From: Candidatus Sumerlaeaceae bacterium
Lineage (GTDB): Bacteria; Sumerlaeota; Sumerlaeia; Sumerlaeales; Sumerlaeaceae
Direction: 5' to 3'
Assembly (NCBI GenBank): GCA_051003195.1
Contig: JBPCLP010000008.1
Coordinates: forward strand, 128,001 to 192,000
Length of the DNA stretch: 64,000 nt
Part shown: positions 1 to 9,034 of the stretch, in pieces
Layout of the letters: each line of letters starts with the position of its first letter
Position numbering within the stretch: position 1 is the first letter of the stretch
The notes under the pieces: model-generated
What the model saw: the letters and a program-made list of their open reading frames with translations, nothing else
Told to the model about the DNA's origin: nothing
Databases searched by the model: none
Translations under genes and position numbers: made by a program

Positions 1-271
1 GCATTCGCCCGATGATCAGGCCGACAACAAGCTGCGCATACGCGATGGACCTCGCGTTATAGCCTTCACCGGGCGCGCCGAGGAAAGTCGCGGCGCTAGT
101 CTCGGTCGCAATGATGGATGCCATGACGGCCCACCATGGAACGTTTCGCCCGCCAAGCGCGAAGTCATGCAGGCTTTTTTCGCGTCTTCCCATATAGAGG
201 CCAATGGAAAGGATGCCGACGAAATACAGCAGGATGATCGCACCGTCGATAAACAATTGGCTGCCGGTCAC
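1..271 (-). CDS. Sodium:solute symporter (SSS family), N-terminal part; runs off the window edge
   Basis: Not in the ORF track. My translation from GTG at 271 (GGAGGAG RBS at 277-283 on the minus strand): MTGSQLFIDGAIILLYFVGILSIGLYMGRREKSLHDFALGGRNVPWWAVMASIIATETSAATFLGAPGEGY..., a typical SSS N-terminus. Confidence 0.9.
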   Translation of the reverse strand, partial: MTGSQLFIDGAIILLYFVGILSIGLYMGRREKSLHDFALGGRNVPWWAVMASIIATETSAATFLGAPGEGYNARSIAYAQLVVGLIIGRM

Positions 272-336
272 ATGCGCTCCTCCGACTCAGGCTGTTACCA
301 CGTTAATGCGAAAAAGAAATTCACGCGGCTGTACCA

Positions 337-1938
337 ATGCAAGCGTTGAAGACGGCCGCCGGTGGAAATCATACCTTGCCTGTCGCGCTGCCCGTCCACC
401 CACTGCCGGGCATGCGTCGACAGCATTCGCTTGAGCTAGTCCTGTTCCTTCTGCTGTTCATCAGTTCCGCCTATTTCCACCGCACAAACTCCGGTTGGAA
501 TGCCAACTCGCGGCTCGCACTGACGTTCGCCCTGGTCGAGCGTCACACCACGCAAATTGATGACTACTGGAATCGGCCGGGCACCGAGACATGGGATGCA
601 GCAGTTTACAAGGGGCACTACTACTCTGATAAGATCATCGGCGTATCACTGCTCGGCGTGCCTGCGTACGTGCTCACTCGGGCGGTCGAGGATCTTCTGG
701 ATGCTTCGCTGACTACAGAGCAGAAGCGGTATTGGGTTACGATACTCGCCATTGCGTTGCCCGGTGCGCTTTCTGCGGTTCTCCTGTTTCGACTGCTCCT
801 GTTGTACCAGATCCGATTTGCGGGCGGCGAAACTTTGACCGCACCTTTTCTGATCGCCGTGTCACTGCACCTTGGTACGCTGCTTTTCAGCTACTCCACA
901 CTGTTCATGTCCTATTTGCCGGCGCACGCGTTTTTTGTGGCGGCGTTGTACGTTTTCGAGCGATGGTTAGCGAGGGACGGAAGTCGGGCAGCACGACCAA
1001 ATATTGCACCTGTTGTAACGTTCGCCTGCGGACTTTTGTGCGGATTTGCAGTGCTATGCGAGTACCTGTATGCGATTACAGGCGGCCTGTTTGCATTATA
1101 TGTGCTGATCAAAAGCCGACGCCGCAGGAACTACGTGTTCTTTGTTCTTGGAGCGGTGCTGGGAGTTTCACCTTTCCTGGTTTACACGTACACCATCTTT
1201 GGCCGGCCAGCAGTGCCGTATCAGTACCATATGGTGCCCGGCTTCCGCGCAGCCATGGCCGAGGGACTGATGGGAGCTACGAAACCACGGTTCAGCGTTC
1301 TCGTATTACTGTCGTTTCACCCATTCCGCGGTTTGTTCGTGCATTCACCCATGTTATTGCTTGGCGTTGCTGGCGCCCTCGCGATGCTTCGCGACCGCCG
1401 GCTGCGTCCTCTTTCGCTTTTAATCCTGAGCAGCGTTGTCGTCGTATTTTTATACAACAGCGCCTACTACATGTGGTGGGGAGGATGGTCGTTCAGCCCT
1501 CGCCACCTTGCGCCCGCACTCCCGTTATTTGCAATTGGGATGGTCTATGGCTGGAGGTACGCAGCGGTCCGCTGGCTGTTTCCGTTACTGGTCGTTCCTG
1601 CAATTGCGCTTCACTTGATTGTGACCGCCACCGATCCCCAGGTACCTGAGCCTCGCAACGACAAGTTTCTACGGCGCCCGTCGCTTACGAAACGCCCTTA
1701 TCCTATCCCGTTCACATCGCAGGTTCTGCCTGCGTTCAGACACCGGCGCACCGATCCTAACGGCGGCACATGGGTGGGGCTTTCGCGTGGGTGGCCCAGC
1801 CTGCTTCCGCTCATGGGGGCATGGTTGGCGTCAGGTCTGATCAGCTTCGCGTTACTCAAAAGCAAAAGACCCGACGAATGTGGTACAGAGGGCTCCGCAA
1901 AGGTTGACTCGTTAATCAGTGAACGGAAACTGGAGTAA
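337..1938 (+). CDS. Polytopic membrane protein, probable GT-C-type (lipid-linked donor) glycosyltransferase
   Basis: Many TM segments; N-terminal loop with YYSDK and a WWGGWSFSPRHL motif; true start may be later (MRRQH). Confidence 0.6.
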   Translation: MQALKTAAGGNHTLPVALPVHPLPGMRRQHSLELVLFLLLFISSAYFHRTNSGWNANSRLALTFALVERHTTQIDDYWNRPGTETWDAAVYKGHYYSDKIIGVSLLGVPAYVLTRAVEDLLDASLTTEQKRYWVTILAIALPGALSAVLLFRLLLLYQIRFAGGETLTAPFLIAVSLHLGTLLFSYSTLFMSYLPAHAFFVAALYVFERWLARDGSRAARPNIAPVVTFACGLLCGFAVLCEYLYAITGGLFALYVLIKSRRRRNYVFFVLGAVLGVSPFLVYTYTIFGRPAVPYQYHMVPGFRAAMAEGLMGATKPRFSVLVLLSFHPFRGLFVHSPMLLLGVAGALAMLRDRRLRPLSLLILSSVVVVFLYNSAYYMWWGGWSFSPRHLAPALPLFAIGMVYGWRYAAVRWLFPLLVVPAIALHLIVTATDPQVPEPRNDKFLRRPSLTKRPYPIPFTSQVLPAFRHRRTDPNGGTWVGLSRGWPSLLPLMGAWLASGLISFALLKSKRPDECGTEGSAKVDSLISERKLE

Positions 1939-1965
1939 ATCTATGTAGTTCTGCGGGAGCTTTCA

Positions 1966-3456
1966 ATGCGTCAACCGGTTCAACTAATCATTGTAGCGGC
2001 GCTTATATCAGCCGGCCTTATCAGCAATGCGCCGGCTCAGCAGCCGCCGGTGTTTTCGCTGGCAAAATCAGGTAAGCTGCCTGTACCAACCATGATGCAC
2101 GGCACGGCCGTGGTTGGCAGCCGCGTCTATATTTTCGGTGGTAATTTCGAGCAGGCGCCCGGCTCTGGCGGCGGATGGATCAACGATGTTTACTCGGCGC
2201 CTGTACAGGGCCAGGGAACGCTGGGTGAATGGCGCAAAGAAGAGCCGCTCCCGGAACGTCGCGCGTACATCGGCAATGCAGTGCAGGTCATCAATAATCA
2301 TATCTACATTGTAGGCGGGAGTGTTTTCCAGGCGCAGAACTCCGCGGACAACGGTGTGCAAAGCCAGGACGTGCTTTGGACAACGGTCGGCGCAGACGGG
2401 AAATTAAGCACCTGGCAAAAGAGCCAGCCGTTCCCTGGGCAGTCGGTTTCGAACACCTCGACCTGCGCGACCGATAAAAACCTGTTTATGCTCGGAGGGC
2501 ACAACGACCAAATCGTCAGTGATGCGGTCCTGGTGTGTGATGTCGGCGAAGATGGAGCGCCGGTGAACTGGAGGCAGGCTGCCAAATTACCAACTCCGCT
2601 TTGGTTTCACGGCTCCGCGATCCTTGAAGATCGAGTGTACGTATGGGGGGGCTTGCCGACGCAGGAATCCAAGATCGTGAGCGGCAAGGTGTACTCGGCG
2701 CCGGTCGGCGCGAATGCAACGATCGGAGCGTGGCAGGAAGAAGCGCCGCTGCCTTACCCGATTTACTCATCCGCGTTCACCGGGTTTAACGATTATCTGA
2801 TCGGTGTGTCGGGAAGATACGTTGGCGGACTCCCAACCAACGCGATCTGGTTCGCACGCCTGCAGAACAAGAAAGTGACGGCGTGGCAGTTTTTGAATAC
2901 CGACCTCCAGGCCCGCCTCTATTGTGCGCTTGGTCTCGATCGCACCAAGGGCTGGGTGTTCATCACGGGGGGCCTAGACCGCCGCACAACAAATCTGAAA
3001 CGTGGGCCGGAAGCGCCGGTAGTCGACCTGGTACAGGCTTTTCAGCTTACACAGCCAACCGAAACCAAGCTGGTGGTTGCACAGAATCCTCAGCCCGCTG
3101 CGGCGCCCGCTGCGGCACCTTCTGCAGCACCCGCGAACGCGCAAGTACTCGGACTTCCGCAGGCGCTGCAAAATGCTGCGCAGCAGAACAAAAAAGTGCT
3201 CGCGTTTTTTTACTCGCCTGAGGTCCCGGCCTGCAAACGCACGTGGGACCAGCTGATCAATACGCCGGCGTTTACCGCGGCCACTGCAAACGTCGTCTTC
3301 TCAGCTATCGATATCTCTGGTGCGGATGCTTCCCAGTCGTATAAATATGGCGTTTTCAAAGTGCCGAGTTTCGCCTTGTTATCGCCCACAGGCGAGCTGC
3401 TGAAGAAGCAGCTTAAGGTGCAGACTACACAGGATTTGCAGCAACTTTTACAATAA
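1966..3456 (+). CDS. Secreted Kelch-like beta-propeller protein with C-terminal thioredoxin-like domain
   Basis: Signal peptide; repeated VYIFGG/IYIVGG/LFMLGG/VYVWGG...W blades; Pro/Ala linker; Trx-like KKVLAFFYSPEVPAC...YGVFKVPSF. Confidence 0.75.
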   Translation: MRQPVQLIIVAALISAGLISNAPAQQPPVFSLAKSGKLPVPTMMHGTAVVGSRVYIFGGNFEQAPGSGGGWINDVYSAPVQGQGTLGEWRKEEPLPERRAYIGNAVQVINNHIYIVGGSVFQAQNSADNGVQSQDVLWTTVGADGKLSTWQKSQPFPGQSVSNTSTCATDKNLFMLGGHNDQIVSDAVLVCDVGEDGAPVNWRQAAKLPTPLWFHGSAILEDRVYVWGGLPTQESKIVSGKVYSAPVGANATIGAWQEEAPLPYPIYSSAFTGFNDYLIGVSGRYVGGLPTNAIWFARLQNKKVTAWQFLNTDLQARLYCALGLDRTKGWVFITGGLDRRTTNLKRGPEAPVVDLVQAFQLTQPTETKLVVAQNPQPAAAPAAAPSAAPANAQVLGLPQALQNAAQQNKKVLAFFYSPEVPACKRTWDQLINTPAFTAATANVVFSAIDISGADASQSYKYGVFKVPSFALLSPTGELLKKQLKVQTTQDLQQLLQ

Positions 3457-3464
3457 GGGCGTGT

Positions 3465-3908
3465 CTAGCCGGGCAGTTCCACCATCTGCAGGAAATGTTC
3501 GATGGTAGCAAACGTGTCCAAAAACCCCTGCATAGTAACAGGCTTTTCCATAAAACCTGCTATTCCAATATTGTACGCGCTCTCTCGATCCGCTTCATCC
3601 TGCGAACTCGTTAACATGAAAACAGGAGTTCGACGCAATGCGTCATCGGATCGTAATTCATGTAGGAACTGAAGTCCGTCCATGATGGGCATGTGACAAT
3701 CGAGCAGCACAACCCGATTCCCCTGTGGTATTTCGTCACTGCCCGGAAATCCGCGCAGCATCTCCAGCCCCGACTGGCCGTTTTTTGCAACAAACAACCG
3801 ATGCCGGTGTGACTGCCGCGAAATCGCGTATCGCATCGCAGCCTCAATGGCATCGTCGTCGTCGACCAGAAGAATGTTTAGATGTTTAGCCACGAACCTG
3901 TCGGACAA
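3465..3908 (-). CDS. Single-domain response regulator (CheY/Rcp1-like)
   Basis: ILLVDDD, VLLD phosphoacceptor, MPIMDG, MLTSS and KP motifs. Confidence 0.9.
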   Translation of the reverse strand: MSDRFVAKHLNILLVDDDDAIEAAMRYAISRQSHRHRLFVAKNGQSGLEMLRGFPGSDEIPQGNRVVLLDCHMPIMDGLQFLHELRSDDALRRTPVFMLTSSQDEADRESAYNIGIAGFMEKPVTMQGFLDTFATIEHFLQMVELPG

Positions 3909-4118
3909 CTATGCAATTCTCACACCGCTGAACCCTGGGCTATATGTCATTTCAGGCACGTGACGACTGAATCCCCGGGGTGCCGTTTGCTGAAAACACT
4001 CAAATTGGTTGCAGCCGCAGTTTTTGCTTCACAGTTCTGGCGCAGTACTAAGTACTGCTGTCTTCAACGTTTTCACTCGTTGCAACCGGCGCCGATTTTC
4101 AGTTGGAGCAGTCACTTC

Positions 4119-4706
4119 ATGGGATTTCTTAGCAGTGTATTTGGTGGCAGATCCGTGCAGGAGCGTCAGCTTGCACGATTTCTTGCCAAGTATCTGCCGC
4201 ATCCACATCGCGATTTCAAAAGACTGGCGAAGAGCAAAAAATCGCTGAGTGAAGTGTGGCAGGCGTGCCCGCGCTCGGACTGGATGCTCTGGATGCTGGA
4301 CTGTATTGAGTTCAAACCCGCGACCGGTCTGCGCCTGTTCGCATGTTATTGCGCCAAGCAGTCGCCGATTGTCGAATCGGACCTTCGCCTCGTCAAAGTT
4401 ATCCAGGTGGCGGAGCGATTCGCCAAGGGAGAAGCAGAACCTGCTGAACTTATGAGAGCACAACAGGATGCCTATGCAGTGCTCGCCGAAGCTAAGCGTA
4501 AAAACGACCCACTGGCTGAAGCGGCTGCCTGGGTCGCAACTTCCACCGCCAAGGAAGACCCGTATACAGCGGCTTACGATGCGGGAATTTACGCCGTTAC
4601 AATTTCCGAGCTGCGAGGCTTCGCCGGTAAGGAATTGCGCAGAAAGCAGGCCGACAGGCTTCGGCGCATCATTGAGGATCCCTTTGCTCCCAATGAAGAA
4701 GATTAA
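4119..4706 (+). CDS. Hypothetical helical protein (resembles Imm-5-like putative immunity proteins)
   Basis: ATG at 4119 after GGAG; DWMLW...LRLFACYCA...VAERFAKGEA followed by Ala-rich helices. Confidence 0.55.
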   Translation: MGFLSSVFGGRSVQERQLARFLAKYLPHPHRDFKRLAKSKKSLSEVWQACPRSDWMLWMLDCIEFKPATGLRLFACYCAKQSPIVESDLRLVKVIQVAERFAKGEAEPAELMRAQQDAYAVLAEAKRKNDPLAEAAAWVATSTAKEDPYTAAYDAGIYAVTISELRGFAGKELRRKQADRLRRIIEDPFAPNEED

Positions 4707-4775
4707 TGGGCAGCATTCGAATCCCCCGTTGACTCTTTCCATGGGCATGAAGCCTGCTCTGTCAGGTTGCTTTAA

Positions 4776-5216
4776 TTGAGTTTTGGAGATCCAGCTGTGA
4801 GAAGGTTCAAAAAGGCGTTTCTGGTTTTCGCCCTGTCCTCAGGCACGATGTGTGGCTGGGCGGCCCAGGAGGAGACTACCACACTCGACGACCAGGATGG
4901 GCAGCCGGATATTGAACTCTGGCTTTCCGAGAAGGTTGGCCGTTATGGAAACCGCGAATTCGGTATCAGCGGTGGCCAGCCACAGTTTCCCTCTCCCACG
5001 GGTGCATTCCAGATCCAATGGAAATCGCGCTTATGGTGGAGCAAACAATGGGACGCACCCATGCCCTATGCCATGTTTTTCCATAATGGCGCCGCCATTC
5101 ATGTCGGCAGCCTTAACAGTAGCAGCCACGGCTGCATTCGCGTAAGTGAAGAGACCGCCAAGCTGCTGTTTCGGGCCACTCGCGAAAAAGAAACGCGCGT
5201 ATTCGTTTATCCCTAG
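4776..5216 (+). CDS. L,D-transpeptidase (YkuD family), secreted
   Basis: Signal peptide; PSPTGAF, MPYAMFF, AIH...SHGCIR catalytic motif; start uncertain. Confidence 0.88.
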   Translation: MSFGDPAVRRFKKAFLVFALSSGTMCGWAAQEETTTLDDQDGQPDIELWLSEKVGRYGNREFGISGGQPQFPSPTGAFQIQWKSRLWWSKQWDAPMPYAMFFHNGAAIHVGSLNSSSHGCIRVSEETAKLLFRATREKETRVFVYP

Positions 5217-5312
5217 TCTGGTCTACCATTAATTCGTAGTCGATTCTGTGTGCCGAATTGAGCTCATCTTCCGCGCTCAAACTGGATAGGAACTTCTGAT
5301 TCGGCACACTAG
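5213..5312 (-). repeat. ~100-bp dispersed hairpin element, copy 1 (most divergent), followed head-to-head by a truncated copy (5309-5328)
   Basis: Minus strand CTAG-TGTGCCGAATC...AATTCGGCACAC-AGAATCGACTACGAATTAATGGTAGACCAGA-CTAG; matches five other copies. Confidence 0.9.
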
Positions 5313-5334
5313 TGTGCCGAATCCGTAGTAGGGC

Positions 5335-5997
5335 TTAGCTGTGCATTTCGCGCATGATCGCTTCCAGTTCCGCGCGCTTTGCTTCAAGCGCGGGCCGGTC
5401 GAGATCCGGCTCGACGAGGAATTGCTCGCCAAAAACAATGCGAACGCGGGCAAAAGGTTTGGCGATCATCATGCGATCCCATGACCGGAACCGCCATGCC
5501 TGATCGCACAGCACGGCTCCGGGAATGATTGGCACTCCCGATTGCGAAGCGATTGCGATGACGCCCGGCTTGACGGAGCCTTCTGGTCCGCGCGGTCCGT
5601 CGATCGGAATTACAACCGCACGCCCTTTCATGACGCTTCTGCGCATCTGAAGTAATGCGCCAGTGCCGCCCTTCGAGCTGCTGCCACGAATGGTTCGAGC
5701 GCCTCGGAACATATGAACGAAACGCGCGACGAGCGTCCCATCGCGGCTTCTGCTCGTCAGCACATCCACATTTGGCAGGATGTTCGGCAATTCATAGGCG
5801 CCAACAATAAGATCGCCATGATAGATCGCAAAAATGCACGGCTTCGTTAAAGCGCGTTCCCCGTTCACGCGTTCGATTCGCCAGGTCCGCTTGAACTGAC
5901 TGATTACGTGATAGGCAAACGGAACTCCAACTCGATGCGCCAGCCATTGCTCAGTGTCGCGTGAGATGAGCCGTTTTCTCTTAGGTTTCGTCGCCAT
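5335..5997 (-). CDS. Lysophospholipid acyltransferase family protein (DUF374-like)
   Basis: YH, SRSRDG, IRGSSSKGG, DGPRGP and SWDR...PF motifs; start chosen at MATKPK. Confidence 0.85.
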   Translation of the reverse strand: MATKPKRKRLISRDTEQWLAHRVGVPFAYHVISQFKRTWRIERVNGERALTKPCIFAIYHGDLIVGAYELPNILPNVDVLTSRSRDGTLVARFVHMFRGARTIRGSSSKGGTGALLQMRRSVMKGRAVVIPIDGPRGPEGSVKPGVIAIASQSGVPIIPGAVLCDQAWRFRSWDRMMIAKPFARVRIVFGEQFLVEPDLDRPALEAKRAELEAIMREMHS

Positions 5998-6299
5998 TCC
6001 TGCGGCATGTGCGGCATCCCATCTGCAGGGTGCAACCTCATTAACTACTGTTTCGCGTCGCGCGCGTGGGGCACCACGCTCGGCCTGTAGCGGCATGGAG
6101 CTCAGGGTCGACACATAACATGCTTAATTAAGGCGCCACTGCGTGGCTTCGCATCGGCAGCGCGTTCTTGACGGCATGTCTCGCATCGACGCAGGATTTG
6201 GTCAGACCACGCAGGGAGCGGAATCCGCCCTGTGGGGCAGCTTGCAACCGGTGTGAGACAGAAGCGAATTCGCCACTGCCTGCGCAATATCATTCAACC

Positions 6300-6896
6300 A
6301 TGCCAGTGAAACTCCTTGGCGTCAGCGGCAGTCTGCGCGAGAGCGCCTACACGTTACGCCTTGTTCAAATAGCCTTGGAAGCTGCGCGCATAGCGGGTGC
6401 AGAAGTCGAGCTGCTTGATTTGCGTGATCATCCGCTCCCGATGTATGAGGCGCATGAGGATTACGACGAGCACCAGGTCGTAAAACGGGTGATTCGCAAG
6501 GTCGAGGAAGCTGATGGATACATCGTCGGCAGCCCTGAATACCACGGTTGTATGACCGGCGCGACTAAGAACTTCTTCGATTTTCTTTACCGGGAAATTT
6601 GCGGGAAACTGTTCGGCCTGGTTTCTGCCACGGGAGGCAGCCAGGGGAACGGATGCTTCGACAACATGCGCGCGGCAATCCAGTACTGCCATGGGTGGGC
6701 GCTGCCGTACAACGTTGCTGCCACTGGCCGCGACTTTGATGCGCAAGGCAATCTCACAAATGAAAAAGTTCAGGATCGTCTGCAGCGCATGGGTCGCGAC
6801 ATGACGATATACGCGCCGCTGCTTTTCGGGCGCTTCAACGCCGACCTTAGCGAAAAGAGCCCGGCACAGCCAGGCTTTGCGCACTGGATGGCGTAG
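6300..6896 (+). CDS. NADPH-dependent FMN reductase
   Basis: GVSGSLRESAYT and SPEYHG...KNFFD flavodoxin-like motifs. Confidence 0.9.
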   Translation: MPVKLLGVSGSLRESAYTLRLVQIALEAARIAGAEVELLDLRDHPLPMYEAHEDYDEHQVVKRVIRKVEEADGYIVGSPEYHGCMTGATKNFFDFLYREICGKLFGLVSATGGSQGNGCFDNMRAAIQYCHGWALPYNVAATGRDFDAQGNLTNEKVQDRLQRMGRDMTIYAPLLFGRFNADLSEKSPAQPGFAHWMA

Positions 6897-6980
6897 TTCC
6901 ACCTCAGACTAACGAGGAGCATTTTCCTCGCTTGCACAACTCGTGTTACGCAACGAAATTGCCGACATGAGATCGATCAC

Positions 6981-7265
6981 ATGATTACTGTCGGCATGAA
7001 TTACCAGGTGCTGCCTGACAAAAATGAGCTGTTTGAGCGCGTGTTCAATTCTGTACTTGGTGTAATGGCTGAGCTGGAAGGGCATGCCAGCACGCATTTG
7101 TACCGGGACGTCTTCGAGCCTCAAAGTTATCTCATCGTTTCCGAGTGGAGCAGCCGGGAAGCCTTTGATGCCTTTATCAGTTCGCCGCGCTTCCGCAGCG
7201 TCACAGACTTCGGTAAAGAGCAGGTCCTTGCCGGCAGGCCCAGTCATCACATCTACGAGCGTTGA
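6981..7265 (+). CDS. Antibiotic biosynthesis monooxygenase (ABM) domain protein
   Basis: 94 aa; GMNYQV...FE...YLIVSEWSSREAFDAF ferredoxin-like pattern. Confidence 0.8.
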   Translation: MITVGMNYQVLPDKNELFERVFNSVLGVMAELEGHASTHLYRDVFEPQSYLIVSEWSSREAFDAFISSPRFRSVTDFGKEQVLAGRPSHHIYER

Positions 7266-7336
7266 GACAAATTGCGTAACATGTTCACGCGGATGCGGTG
7301 CGCACGCATTGCGATCGCCAGTTGTTGCGTACACCG

Positions 7337-7786
7337 ATGAAAGTCATTCTGCAGCGTGTTCGCGAAGCTTCTGTTACGGTGGAAGGGCGCACGGTAGGAC
7401 AAATAGGCGAAGGGCTGCTGCTGCTGGGCGGAATAGCCGCGGAGGATAACGAGCAGTCCCTGCGCAAGATGGCCGATAAGCTTATCAATCTTCGTATCTT
7501 TGAAGACCAGGCAGGTAAGATGAACCTCTCGCTGCTGGAGGTCGGTGGCTCCATCCTGGCGGTAAGTCAGTTTACACTTTTCGCGGATTGCCGTAAGGGA
7601 CGCCGTCCCAATTTCATGGGAGCCGCTCCGCCGGAGGCTGCACGTCAGCTCTTCGATCGCTTCGTCGATATTCTGCGCGAGTCCATTCCCATTGTGCAGA
7701 CTGGCGTTTTCCAGGCAATGATGGAGGTGCGGTTGAACAACTGGGGTCCCGTAACCATCTCTCTCGACACGTCCGAACTCGCCTGA
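7337..7786 (+). CDS. dtd: D-aminoacyl-tRNA deacylase
   Basis: MKVILQRV, LRIFED..GKMNLS, SQFTL, KGRRP and NxGP motifs. Confidence 0.96.
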   Translation: MKVILQRVREASVTVEGRTVGQIGEGLLLLGGIAAEDNEQSLRKMADKLINLRIFEDQAGKMNLSLLEVGGSILAVSQFTLFADCRKGRRPNFMGAAPPEAARQLFDRFVDILRESIPIVQTGVFQAMMEVRLNNWGPVTISLDTSELA

Positions 7787-7826
7787 TCCGAAGCGGGATA
7801 TTGTCGAATCCGCGAACCAACGCGGC

Positions 7827-8219
7827 TTACACCCGTTTTAACTCCAATGCCAGCACCGGCACCTCTGCGTCGCGATATTGCACCACTCCTCCACCGCGTG
7901 TGTCGAGGCGGTTTTGCCATTTCGTAATGTTGTCTCGAAGGGACTGTAACTGCAAGCCTTCGTACCGCTCCGGATAGCCCCCCAGGTATTCGAGCGTTGA
8001 TGCAAACCGCTGCTCCGACCCCGGCATGTTCCCGCGAAACAAATGCTGATACGCGGTGGCGAGGTGAATCAGTCCCTGGTAGAATTGCCGGCTGCTATCG
8101 TCGTTATCCAGCCACAGATCTTCCAGCACTTCGTGGCAGTCGTAAAAGTATCGCTCGTTGAACAGCTCGATATATTCGACGTAACGCTCGTCAAACTCTG
8201 TGGTATTCGTCGTGCGCGC
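7827..8219 (-). CDS. DUF309 family protein; start codon unresolved
   Basis: The frame stays open upstream of the listed GTG (8129) and reads IELFNERYFYDCHEVLEDLW...FYQGLIHLATAYQHLFRGN, the DUF309 signature; no ATG/GTG/TTG lies upstream of the motif before the in-frame TGA at 8220-8222. Confidence 0.8.
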   Translation of the reverse strand, partial: ARTTNTTEFDERYVEYIELFNERYFYDCHEVLEDLWLDNDDSSRQFYQGLIHLATAYQHLFRGNMPGSEQRFASTLEYLGGYPERYEGLQLQSLRDNITKWQNRLDTRGGGVVQYRDAEVPVLALELKRV

Positions 8220-8834
8220 TCAGCTCCCGAAGTTCGCGGCTTCGAGATCGATCAGCTCAAGTCCGAGGCCGTGCCGCTCTATGTAAGCCTCGGTCATCGA
8301 GACCAGGTTCTGCTCCTCAAGCGGGAGCTTGAAACTTTCTTCGAACAGTTCCGCAAACTGAATTCCAGCCTTGGCCGCCGTTGAGGAGAAGAAGACCTCC
8401 TGCGTTTCGTAGTTCCACACGACTTCAAATAGCTGCGTGGTCGGGCTGACCGCCGCCAGCATTTTTTCCTTAATGGTATCGCGCAGCCCGACAGACTCCT
8501 CGCGGCTCAGCTTTCTGCCCTTCCGTTCGCGCAACTGCGCTTTGAGTGCGCTGGATAACTGGGCTTTCAGCAGCGCCGCCGGGATACTCTTGCGGTCCCA
8601 GCGGATCCCAAGCAGGATGTATTTCCCAAACAGTACCTTTTCGAGTCCAAGATGGGTATCCATCGGGTCAAAAGCATTCACCCAGCCGATGGAGAACTCG
8701 GGATTGCGCTGCGGTTGAATCTCACGGAAAGCATGCCGGGGCAACGTTTGAACCAGAGTTTCTTTGAAGTTCTTCGGCAGTTCGTCTGGGATGCGGTACT
8801 TCTTGTATGTAAAGGTGCCACTCAGCAGCGCCAC
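8220..8834 (-). CDS. rdgC: Recombination-associated protein RdgC-like (short form)
   Basis: MALLSGTFTYKKY...AF...SIGWV...LGIRWDRKSIPAALLK...FAELFEESF pattern of short RdgC-like proteins. Confidence 0.7.
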   Translation of the reverse strand: MALLSGTFTYKKYRIPDELPKNFKETLVQTLPRHAFREIQPQRNPEFSIGWVNAFDPMDTHLGLEKVLFGKYILLGIRWDRKSIPAALLKAQLSSALKAQLRERKGRKLSREESVGLRDTIKEKMLAAVSPTTQLFEVVWNYETQEVFFSSTAAKAGIQFAELFEESFKLPLEEQNLVSMTEAYIERHGLGLELIDLEAANFGS

Positions 8835-9034
8835 GTCTCGGGCTTTCCAGCATATCAGGGTTGGGCAACTCTCTCCGTCTGTACGTGCTCACGCAACCGA
8901 AAACGGGGCTCACCAACGTGGCGTCGCCTTCAGAGGCCGGAAACATCGGGCTTGATCCCTCGAACCCGCCTGTAACAACTAGGCAGAGCGTCTACAATAA
9001 TCCCGTTCCCACTGCTGACTGAGGAGATGCTGCT

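Noticed and set aside
167..349. Plus-strand 60-aa ORF (frame open from position 2)
   Set aside because: Antisense shadow of the sodium:solute symporter on the minus strand.
5113..5307. 64-aa ORF, and ORF 20391..20702, sharing a 'SAHR.DYEL' peptide
   Set aside because: Both are translations of the repeat element; copies 2, 4, 5 and 6 have an in-frame stop in that frame, so a conserved peptide is unsupported.
8170..8222. Selenocysteine recoding of the rdgC-like TGA
   Set aside because: No convincing SECIS-like hairpin follows the TGA, and the position is an inter-domain linker rather than a Cys-equivalent site.
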